From NCBI GenBank assembly GCA_051294905.1, contig CM119372.1, positions 27,902,001 to 27,966,000 on the forward strand: a stretch of DNA of 64,000 bases, in the 5' to 3' direction. Below are positions 37,301 to 49,300 of the stretch, piece by piece. The stretch comes from Botryllus schlosseri. Lineage: Eukaryota. Below the pieces are notes generated by a model. That model was not told the DNA's origin. It saw only the letters and a list, made by a program, of their open reading frames with translations, and did no database searches. The first letter of the stretch is position 1, and the number at the start of each line of letters is the position of its first letter. Position numbers and translations under genes: made by a program.

Positions 37301-40300
37301 GTCGTAAGAAACGCGTGAAATACCCTCTGAATCACGGTAACTGAATATATTTTTTCGAAGATTCTATCCAAGGTGGTGTTATTATAGTCCTTTTGCGTTA
37401 GCTGCGTCGATACATCTTGCGATTTCGTATGTAGGAACATCCGACTAACTGTTGAAAGTATGCGACCAAATATCGGCTACTTAGAAATTTACTCACTTTT
37501 AGTAATTCTCATACTTTTCATTTCGTCTTCCACTTGAAATAGTTTTCACATGTCTTAGAGATGACTACTTCTACTTGTCCTCGAGTAGAAATGTAAGGCA
37601 TTACTTGTGTTACTTCAGTAGCAACGCCGATCACTTCGACCAACTCTAGTTCATAGTAAAATATTACGGCAAATCAGAAACCACCAAAAATATCATACAA
37701 ACATAATATTAACATAGTAACACGTGCATAGCGTACCATGGTTATGAGAGGCTATTCTTCAGAGATTGAGACAACTTCATTTGGAATAAGAGCAGTTTGA
37801 AGTTTGACAGAGTGAGAAAATGCAGCCCACTAACCTGGCAATGGCCTCTAATTTATCAAAGAAATCTCCGTCAATCATAGAAATTTCGTCGATAATCAGA
37901 TGCTGGCATTTCTTCCATTGCTTTAACACCGACGGCCGTTTCATGGCGGCTTCAATACAGTGTTGAACCTTCGATGAAAAGAATGTATCACATAAAATGA
38001 CATTTGCAACTGGATAAGAACACTTGAGTCCAAATTTTCATTGGAGTGTTCAATACGTAAAGCTCGGGTGTGGCCAGTAACAACAGTAGCTCTAATTTTT
38101 CAGAGAAATCAAAATGGCATTGCCTACTCGCACTACTATTTGTAGTGACATTAGTTATTTTACGTTAACTACTAAAAGTATACAAAGCGACCAAATCTTG
38201 CAATCAAAAGTACTTTTAATGACTAATTTTCTACTTCTGCCAAAACTAGTTTTGACAGTCTTAGAAATTGCCACTTCTACTAGTAATTGAGTAGAAAATT
38301 ACACTACTACTTCTAATCGATTACGGTACCAACGTTAAGTACTTTGACTGCTGGCGAAGCTTTATTTGAACTGTTGGAAAACACGGAGTTTATGAAGATA
38401 TTCAATTCGCTTTTGCAAGTTATGCAAACTCGATTTAATACGGTCAGTAAATGATTTCGGATATTCCGAATTTAGTTGCGATATTGCTGAACTCAAACTT
38501 GTATTCGAACGCAAAGTCACAAGAAACAAACTCCAGATTTTAAAAATATACAAAGAACAGACTTTGCATTCCACAAATATCAGAAAACCGGGGTTTACGA
38601 CACAAGATTTTCGGTGAAATGAGACGCACAAGTCCAGTCGACCTGCGGCGTTTTACATGCGGTGCGTCTTCTTGAAACTTACCGATCCCGAAGCTCTTCC
38701 AAGGCCAGCAAACGAGTGTAGAGTCATACCACCAATTTGGCAAGCCGCCACACCGGTGCTTGCCGTTACGAAGGTATGAGCCGGAGGCAGCATGCCGACA
38801 ATATACTTGAGCAGAAACGACTTTCCTGAAATAATAAACAATTGGTATGATGCAGCTAGTTTGTTGTTGCCATTGTTACAACATGAATTTCATGGTCCAT
38901 AAATATGATCACTTTTTTCATATTTTGCCGAATAGGTGTCACTTTTGAATCTGTTTGAATCCCTTTATTTTGTTAATAACTCCTAAAATCGGGTTAAAAT
39001 AGATGTATTCTTGCAAAGGATGCTGTGACAAAAGTCTTAAGCTTCAAGTTCTGCACCATGCACCTGCTGTATAATAAACAGATTTGCGATTTAGGCACTG
39101 TAGTACATGTTTCCTATGCCGCGATATGACCATTTGAGGTTTACAACCTCAACCATAGTGGAAAATAGAATCGAAACTATTATTCTCGTTGATACCTTGA
39201 CTCTCTACTCGACTCGAATCAATTGTGCCCAATCCTACTTGTAATACGAGTGGCAGATTGCGTTCTGAAACCTTCTTAACTACATTACCAAAGTTGGCTC
39301 AAAAATCTACAACACATATTTACCCGTTCCCGCACTCCCAGTGAAGAAGATGTTCAACTTGTTTTTTACGGCAATCAACACTCGTTTCTGTTCCTGATTG
39401 AGTTTTTCGACCGGGAGAGATATCATTCTGCGTTTTGCTGCCGCTTCGCCGTTGGTACCTTTCTGAAAGAGAGAAAGAGATTTAAACGGGTGGTTCTCAA
39501 CCGCCGGTCCGCGTCAACTTTCTGGTCGATCCGCCAAATCCATCACAATTTTTCAACTCAGTTGCAAAATGCAAGAAATTTGACGCTTGCTCATTAATAA
39601 ATGAAATGAAACCTCAAATACCGTAGCATGGTAATAATATAGAGCTCACAGTCTACTCTAGACTTTGTGAACGTCACAATGCTGCTATCGGTAGTGCTGC
39701 AGCAAACCATGTTTGTAACCAAGTCACGAGACTCCGAGTCACAAGTCAATCTCACTTTTATAGTTTTACCTCGACTCAAGTCGAGTCATTTTTAATTCAC
39801 CACCAAGTCAAGTCCGAGTTTAAGTCATCGAGCAGAGTCTGAGTCATGGTATTAGGACTTGAGTCCGAGTCTAAGCCATTGCGTTGACTGCTCAGTTTCC
39901 AGTTAAAGTCATCTTGTTAAACCCACTTTTTATAACTGTGTCTAGTCATATCGAATGGTTCGCATTTATAACATACTAATTTTCCTCACTTTTAGCAGTT
40001 TTTGATCGCATCAAGTGCCAGTTACCAATAGACGAAATCCCAATAGTGTGGTTACTTTACTATTCTTTGAAATTATGATAAAATGACGGTCTTGGCCATC
40101 TTATTCTCGAGTCATATGACTTGGTTCGAGTCATGCGAAATGACTCGAGTCCAAGTTGAGTCAAGTCTTAGTCGAGTCATTTTGGTATTTCAAGAAAATG
40201 ACTCGAGTCAAGTCGAGTCATCAGAAAATCGTGACTCAAGTCTAGTCATGACTCGAGTCATTACAACCTTGTAACAAACTGTTAAAGATCAGTTAGTTGT

Positions 40301-43300
40301 GAAAGCTAAGAAGACTAGTTTTTCGTATGACGTTGTGTTAGGTTGATTTTGATATTTGGAGGTTTATCAGTCAGTCGGTATATACAGGCGCGTATCCAGA
40401 GCGCGAAAAAGGGGGGGGTTTTGCGTTACGAGATTGGCTATTATGACGTCATCATTACAATTACTCGTCTCCACGCCATGGCGAATATTTACGATATTCT
40501 ATAGTTTAATAATAAAAAGAGATTTGCGGTGAGTGGGAGATGTACGAATACGATACAGACATTGCCCGAAAATCGCGTTTCTTTGACGGTATGATTGAAA
40601 TAAATTCGTAATTGCTCACATTTAGTCATGAGCCAGCAAACGCCGCCCGTCTCCAAGCGCGTAGTTCCGGCCAGAGATGCGCGGTTTTGTTGGTTTTTGA
40701 CGATATTATGCGCACGGTCGGTAGTATCGCAGCGGACGAACAAGCGCGGAATAAGGCGGTAGCATAAACGAGGGCGATCGCAATCACCACAGAGAGGTGT
40801 GGTGTGAACAGTGTACAATGTACATCGTACACGAATGTGTGCTTTTCGATGGCTTTACTAGCCGTACGGCTGCGCGTGTAGTACGTGCGAAGGTAATTAC
40901 ACCTTAATTGCAAGTACGCAAGTCAGTCAATTAATACAAAGTACACACTGGGATAATAACTTGATCGACAGAGAAACTTGTCAGCCGATAACTATACTAC
41001 TAGGCCTACTCAATTCTCCCGTTCAGCGACAACACAGGCCTGTATTCGGACGCCACCAAGCCACCTAACATTCGGCAACGTGGATTGCTAGGCTTGTATT
41101 TTGAAATGTGAATGTCAATCGTAGACCATTTCTCGCCAATAATCGCGAAGACAATGTGGATTTGAGAATAGCATTGTCGTACCGGTGCCGCCGTGTCTGC
41201 GTCTCGCTGATCAATCAACACGCCGTGCAATTCTTAATTAGGAAGGCGAGCAGGTGCAGCGAATTCGCGGGCGATGTTGATTGCCGACAACTTCGTCTTT
41301 GCAATTACGTATCGCGTCGGCCAATTAGATTAGATTTTCCTAAAATGCGTCTCTCGTTTTAGCAAGGCGAGAGAGAAATCGAGGGAAGAAAGTTGAGAAC
41401 GTCAGCTACTACCGCGGAAATGTAGCTGAACAAGCGCAGAATTCGTATGGAATTAGCGAAATATAATGACCTATTTTATGCTTTCGACCAGTGCTTTTCA
41501 ACCTTTTTGCGCTTCATTCGCACTTTTTTTGTAAAATAAATTTCATTCGCACAAACTAACCGAAAATTTTTATGCAAAAGGAAGATGAAAATACAGCATT
41601 TATTTGTTCAGATGTGCAACAAATTGGCTACTAGGTATCTTAAGCTATCAAGTGTTGCCGGTTCGAGTCCGACCGAGATCGACTTCAGAATTTCTATACT
41701 TAAGTGTTGGAGGTTTATGTAGGCTCCTGCCCGTCACCTCATCCGCGTAAGCGGTGTCTTACAAAAAGCATAGAAGTGGACCGTGCTATAAGTCGGCAGT
41801 TACGGAATAAAAATGAAAAATATCGGCCTAGTGTAAATGACCATAGTAGTCGACAAACACCATGAATACCGCAAACAAACAAACAAACATACAAGTTTAG
41901 TGTCTCATTAAAAAGGCTACTATTTTCGCTCGTTTTGATTTCAACTACTTCACTAAAACCCTTCTCTGCCTAACAAGTTGTTGGGTTTTGTACAAGAACG
42001 TCTACTAGTGCTTGGATGGCCAGGACTTAAAATTTGTTCTGCACTCCTATCCAAAATACAACGTCTTTTTCACGAGTGAAAAATGCTTGCTGGAAGAAAT
42101 CGATTTTGAGAGCTGACGAAAAGGTCTAGGAGGCTTCAGTATGTCGAAAGGGTGAAAACCCCAACTGTTTGCGTGAGGCTTTTGCCTTATGTCTTGGAAA
42201 ATAAGGTCTAAACCAGGGGTTCTCAAAGGGTGGGCTACAGGAGCATTTGAAGTGGGCCACAGAGCTATTTAGAAAATTTTAGAATTACTGTAAGTTTAGT
42301 TATATTTGTTATGTTTACCGCTAAAATATATTCATATTATCTAATTATATGTAGGCAACGTAAAGCTTGTCATCGACTCTGATGAGACGTAGTGGCACGT
42401 ATGGAGTCAGCATGTTCAAGCCGAAGACGGGAGGGAGAACGGCGGCTTTTCCCACTGGCTATGACAACTTACGGATAACAGCAACTAAATTAATTTCGAG
42501 TATGTAATAACTGGAATGTAATGCTGAAGTATCCAAGTATTCTGGCAAGGTCATATGTCGTATGTTGTTGAAAGGGATGTGCAATAAACTCGGAATGAAG
42601 TGTAAGTGAGGTATAGATTTACTGTACTTAGGCAAGTCGAAATATTGTAAGATAAAACTAGCAATAATTGTAAATTATTAGCAACTTCTGGTGGAGGTAT
42701 CTGCACCACCGCAACGAATCGCAATTGATTGAGGATTTAGCAGAGCGCATAAGTCTTAGAAGTTGGTTTAAAATGTCTGACCTGGAAACCATTGTACCTA
42801 ATGTAAGAGTCACACGAATTGATTGTATCATTGGATTGAATATTCTGACATCGTAACTCGAGTTGGTTTGGTACAAAAGACATGCAATGTGCATGGTACA
42901 GCATGCACATTAAATAAATATTTCCCCACTTCTCCGTAGTACCCCATTCACTGATGAATTGTTTGAAGCTGACCCAGAATGATTACCGTATCATATTATT
43001 CCCCACAATGGTGGAAATAAAATCTCAATCACACAGCGTATGCGTGGATTTGATTATTGTGTTTCGCGACGCGAATGGAGCAGCGGACGATCATAATATA
43101 ATCAGAGTTTTAGCCTATGATCTACCCGGGCCGTAACTGCTGTACCCAAACCCCCAATTGCGGGAGCTCGGAGGGGCCCAAGATAATTTCCTTGGTCGTT
43201 TGTTGGAGGATATTTATCAGACATGAAAATTTTCTTCGCGCTCTGCGCGTTTTCATGGGCCGAAAGGTCTGCATAACTGCATTTAAATATCATCAGTGAA

Positions 43301-46300
43301 TTAAGAGAAAAATGCGCATATTTTAGAGAAATAGGCATAACGGCGCCTACGATTACAGCGCATTGAACAGGATTAAGACTCCAAGATAAGAGGTGGGCCA
43401 CAGCACATTTTCAACCCGGAAAATGGGCCACGGCCAAGAGAGGGCTGAGAACCCCTGGTCTAAACGATCAAGAAGAGTATAGACACATTAGATCTCGCTA
43501 CCTTATGAGACTTTTTTCGATTTACCATTTTATATCTCGCGAGTATGTGGGAAGAGCAAATCCCTTTGCGACCGGCGGACCAGTATACTACCGCGATCGT
43601 TTAACACGGAGGAGTCGTTATTTATTCTAAGATTGCTCGACCTGCATTACTTTCTAAACTGTAACAATCGATTTATATCTATAGTTATTATGAATACGCA
43701 TGCATAAGACCATGTACAACCTATTATATCAATGTATATCCTGCTTGAAATGCAGATTGAACACGCAAAAACGTTTCCCGCAAAAGTGAATTTGTAATGA
43801 TGTTCGCGTGAATGAACGCCTGGAATATAAACCATTGTATCTTCCGTTCTAGACGTCATATAACCAACTACAGTTATCTTCTATGACTTGTTGTTGGTCA
43901 TATTATTCTATGAAAGTCCTTATATCGAAGATTAGCACGTAGAGATGTTTCAAATCGACGTGAAAGAAAGCAATACCTTATTACGTGAAAATCATGGCTG
44001 CGTAGGTTCATCCGACTCGTTGCGGCTTCAAACAGATGTACAATTGCTTCAGGCAATTGCAAATTGTACATATGATTGGCCATTATCCTGGCATATTCAT
44101 CAATATCCCTATCATGGGGTTTAGTATTGTATACGAAAGCCGACACCAGCCCTAACACTACACAAATAAGCGTGAGAGTTAGGCTATTTTGGTACCAGAG
44201 CCTGTAATAACAACACCATATAGAGGCAGTTATATATCGGTTTAGATCAGTTGTTCTCAACCTTTTTTGACACGCGCCCCCCTTGGAGATGGTCAAAGAA
44301 ATCGCGCCCCCCTGACCCCCTTGCATTTATCGTCATGTTAAAAAGAGCACATCATCTAATACAGAGGTGGGCAACGTTTTTGATAATCATGGCCGCATTT
44401 CGATTGCTTATGTAGCGTACGGCCGCATTCCAGGGCATAGCCGCAATGAACGATCTGGACGCAAAATTCCTATGGTAAACTGTCCATATCCCTTCCCGGT
44501 GAACTCCGGACTCTTCTACTTTTCACAATGGCCTATTGTACGCACCGAAATCGCGAGTGGCAATGTTATGAATAGTTGCCGGGAGGTGCATATTGTCGCG
44601 CGGAGCGCGAAAATTTTTCAGGGCCGCGAACGAATTGTTATTTCTTGCCAATTCCCATTCCGGCTCAGATTAAGAAGGGCGCTACTGCATTAAAATCGAA
44701 AAATGAAGTCTAGTTGAATTGCGCGGAGGGCGAAGAAAATTTCAAGAGTAATTAAAATCTCTCGAAAATGCGGGAGTGAATTCGTAATTGCAATTTGCAT
44801 GTCTACGGCCGCCAACACATACTAATTGAATTAGGCGTCGACGTCCGCTCAAATTCCCTTCTACGGCCGCAGGCTGCCTACCCCTGATCTAATAGTATAC
44901 ATAAGGTATATCTTACGCCAATTTTGAATCTGCATTCTAGTTGTTGAGTCTTTTACATTGCTGACAAATTTCTCCAAACTTGTTTGAAAATAACAAAAAA
45001 ACATTGAACAAGACATCCATTAATTAATTTCAAGGTAGGTCACCCTGAGACTAATCCTGATGCTGGTAGTGAGTACAGAGAGCAAGGCGTCGTTCTGTCC
45101 TTTCAGGCTAAATTTGATCAGTTTTGGAAATTAAATAAATTGTGTTGATTTATATAGCCTAATTGAGGGCGAAACCGGGCAACCCATGTTGCATCTAGGG
45201 TTGGATTATCCGGATAACGGTAAACCGGTTAACCGGTTAACCGCAGGTATTTCCACTATCTGATATCCGGATATTTTTCTGCCGGTTAACCGGATAAAAA
45301 AGAATCGTTGCTAATGCATTTTACACGTTTTAGTAAGCTTCAATAAGTCGTATTCAGTGTTGGCACGGCCGATTAACGAGAAGCGTGTTGCCAATTAGCG
45401 AGATGCGTCTGTACACATTGCACAATGTAATGTGACGCGATCTCCTGCTGAGAAGATCGTTAAATTAGGTCATTGATTGCCACGCGCTCGGCTATCGTCT
45501 CTGGCCTGATTTATCGCGTCTTCAACAAGCCGATAGTTCCACTGGATTGAAGAATCGCATCTGCAATAGGCCATGTGCAGTGTACACACTATTCCATCGC
45601 TGGCCTGCACAATCGCATCTTCATTGGCTTGGTGCTCACGATATTATCGTTGACCTGCACAATCGCATCTGCAATAGGCCTACGAACGATATAATCGCTG
45701 GCCTAACCATCTCGGACCCAGCACGCATTGGCTCCTATCTCTCGATGGCTTGTTGACGATATGCCGTTAAGTGTATTCTAATTAGTGATTCTGAGAGTGA
45801 CACCGCGAAACTGAATGACATCGAATGTTCGCGAAAATGTGCGTGCGTGCAAGCGTAATTGATTTCCGCTGATGATTAATTCGAAAAAAAAATCGAAACC
45901 CCCTGATTTTATTTCAGTCCCCCTACATTTTCGGCTGGCTGCGTGCCTGATCACGTGAATTAGAGCGAGGTATGATGTCGGCATCAATTCCAGTATCAGC
46001 TAGTCGTCCTTCTAGTACTCTAAACCTAAACATAAGGATGGTCAAAAGGATGCAAAGCCGTTGAAGTTTCCGGCGTACGACCTGCCAACTTTTTGACTCT
46101 CTACGAAGCGCTGCTTTCTATTCAGCCCACTTATGTGGAAGCTGAAAAAGCATTCAATGAACGTGGACTCTTTGTTACAAAATTCCGGTCCCGGCTACAG
46201 GATCCCACAATTGATGCATCTGTGCTTTATAAAGAGGGCATTGCAGAAGCAGTGAACATTAAATTTGCGTGGTTTTTCTCGTATTCACTCATACTGCGCG

Positions 46301-49300
46301 CGTAGGTAGGTACTTAACAATAACACTGTGTAATGATTTTGCGATCCGTTTTACATGCAGACCTAATGAAATCGATTGTCTCACTTAGCAGTTATTATCC
46401 GGTTAACCGGTTAGATAAATTCCAAAATATCCGGATATATCCGTTATCCGGATAGTGAAAATTATTGATATCCGAACTAACCCTAGTTGCATCTAAGTCT
46501 GTCTTAGGCAGTGCAGTTCGCAAGCTACTAACAAGAGCTGCCCAGCGCGACAAGCTTTAGGCTACTGTCAAAGCTATGAAGCAATGAATGACTTACACGT
46601 GGGAATTGCTCTCTATATCTCCAAAGAATTTCAAAAATTTGCTGAAATGAAGTTGAAATCAGACTATACTCCGTTGAGCGCGGTGGCTAGAGTTTGTATT
46701 TTGCACGCTTTCTTGAATATGGAATAAATTTCATCTTCATTAATCGTCTTCTCATAATGGATGCGAAACACATGTTCAGGCACGTACAATTTATACTGAC
46801 TTCGTCAATTTCTCGCGCCCCCCCCTGAGAGCCTCCCGCGCCCCCCAAGGGGGGCGCGCCCCCCAGGTTGAGAACCCCTGGTTTAGATGGCACACGACGT
46901 TACTGTTGGCTTCTATGACTACTGTTGATCATACATGGAACATTAGCCGTGTAGAATACAGTTCAAATTGATGTGTCATAAAGCAATAATGTATCAGATG
47001 AAATGACTTCTGGAGCGTATATGGGCACTGGGCAGTGTCGAATAAGCCAATATGTGTAGACTTACGAATCCGTTATGCAGTTGCAAGTTACATAAAACAA
47101 GCCACTGGGGTTGATACCACTTCAATAGCATGGAGATATATAAAATAGTTACTATGTTATGTAGAATTGGAAGTGAATTGCCTTACGCGAGATTACGCGA
47201 TTACGTAATCGATTACTCATCGGCGGCGGCCGCGTGATTCGGCTTTTGTCTACCTTTCCAAGATCGTAGCGCTGGGCTATGAAGCGCCATAGTAGCGTGT
47301 AATGTCTCGTTGGAACGTAGAGATTCATGCGGAACGTAATCAGGTGGTCATATACCAAGAGAGGGCCTAAGTATGACGTCAGGAGATATAGAAGAACAAA
47401 ATTGTATTTTATTTTCAAGAAATCGAGAACATTTTCTCGCACACCGCTATTCCCTCTGGCGTCTGAGCCGTAAGAGTATCTCAGACCGCTAGGCGGCTAC
47501 TTCAGGTTTACGGCAATATATTGGGCGTCGATTTAAGCCATATGGATGACATTTTATCGTCTTTTTTTGTGGATGCAGTAAAATTTTGGTCAGTACGTCG
47601 GCCGATTAGAAAGGGATAACTGACGATACTGTGTGTTCTGCTCTTTAGCTCAATCTAACTTGAGAATTCATAACAGTTGAATAACGTTAACGCAACTTTT
47701 TAGACTACAACCAAAATCTGAGTTTTTGTGTGGCACCCGAGCCACACCCATGAAAAAGAATTCATTTTGAAAATTACAGTAGTATGCTACGATTTTACGG
47801 ACACGACATGTATGACATACAGTACGCGCACACCACAATTCTATCCAACACAGCTCTACAAAATATGTCTGATGCACGCGATTTCAAATTAGGGTGCATT
47901 AAATACCTACGCGTGTCGCAGTTGTACTGCTGTCTTACTCAGATTGCAAGAACAGGACTATTACGTGCCGACAACGTAGCATATCCATATCGAATGATTT
48001 GGCCATTCAGTATCGCTCATTTTTTTGGCCAAGGTTTTGTCGACTCTTATGTTTTGGCACCGCATTTCATCAGCGGGTTGTTTGCCAAAACTTTGCGCCA
48101 TCATTTGACCCGACTCAGAAGGGGTTGGCCTCGAAATGAATGAGTCTCATAGACCTGAACTCGCTCGTTGCACATCGCTAGTGACAAACACTAGCTCATC
48201 CCAACGGTCTTCGACCATGTTTTCCAGAAACACCAGTCGGACAAATCTCATCATGAATTCTCATGATAAAACCATATTTTTTGCTTGTCTCGCTTATTGG
48301 CTAGAGTAGCCTACTTCACTTCGTGACCTTAGATTTGTAAAAACTATCGCAGGATTTTTGCAATAAATTCAACAGATATTACATACATATTAACGGATAG
48401 CTCTGCCAACGCGTCGACCCAAAATTATACTCTTTGCGCTCCATACTTTAATAACCCATGATGGGGTAAAAATTTGCGTTACAGTAACTTGCAAATGTGA
48501 GTCTGTAATGATGGTATTTACTACTATCCTCGTGCCTCGCAATAATCCAACAGTTATTACGAAAGTATGAGGATTTTTAGCGAAAGAAAGCAGAAAGTCA
48601 ATTTGACGTCATTTTTCGAGCCTGTCGCAGGCTCAGACGGGCTGATATAGACCTACTCTATGTCTGCCACTCAGACGTGGACAACTATGAAATTTTCGGC
48701 TTTTCCAAATTAGATTAGAATTAGATTACTAGCATTTCGCTCTAATTTAGTGAAATTAGACAACTATAATTATCTAGTTGTCCAAGTTTGCTGTCACTAC
48801 ACAAGCTTCCGAGCCAGGCTTTTCGTTACGTGATAATTATAGTGCGAAAATATTAATTCACTACGGCTTGTGAGAGCTACGATTAGTGGTGCATCGTAAA
48901 TTAAACAAGTTTTTACAATTGCGTCGCAGCAACAAAAGTTATATTGCCATTGAATTTCCTAATAGGTTTATTTGAATTATTCCAGGTCAGAAATATCAGC
49001 AATTATTATTCACGATTTTCATTCGCACTCATCCGGGATTTTCATTCGCACCACCTCCGTCATTCGCACTGCAATTTTTTTCATTCGCACTAGTGCGAAC
49101 CGTCACACAGGTTGAAAAGCACTGCTTTCGACTAATTCGGCGCATGATTCCAAGATTTGGTAGGGGTTTTAGTACCCTCAAATAACATTAACACGCCATA
49201 TTCGCCTTCTCATACGTAAAAACGAATATGTTAAACTACTAAATTAGCAAATATTAGAGGCTATATTTTACATCAATTTTTAGGATTTCGAAAAGGGGGG

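Larger units (their letters stand above)
44248..46880. mobile_element. hAT-like element containing two further MITEs
   Basis: TIR CAG..GTTCTCAACCT; TSD GTTTAGAT. Confidence 0.88.
43562..47615. mobile_element. CCCTTT-ended insertion (piggyBac-like termini)
   Basis: Absent from family B copy 1; imperfect TIRs CCCTTTGCGACCGG / CCCTTTCTAATCGG; no TTAA TSD. Confidence 0.6.
41489..49124 (-). mobile_element. Family B hAT-like element, copy 2, with nested insertions
   Basis: TIR CAGTGCTTTTCAACCT; perfect TSD CTTTCGAC. Confidence 0.9.

Noticed and set aside
42375..42410. GACT-CTGATGA-GACGT...AGTC as a possible second hammerhead
   Set aside because: The GAAA and the NUH cleavage triplet are missing; at most a decayed relic.
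43898..44326. 142-aa ORF as a nested gene
   Set aside because: It starts inside a MITE terminus and crosses an insertion junction; the rest resembles a decayed LINE ORF2 tail.
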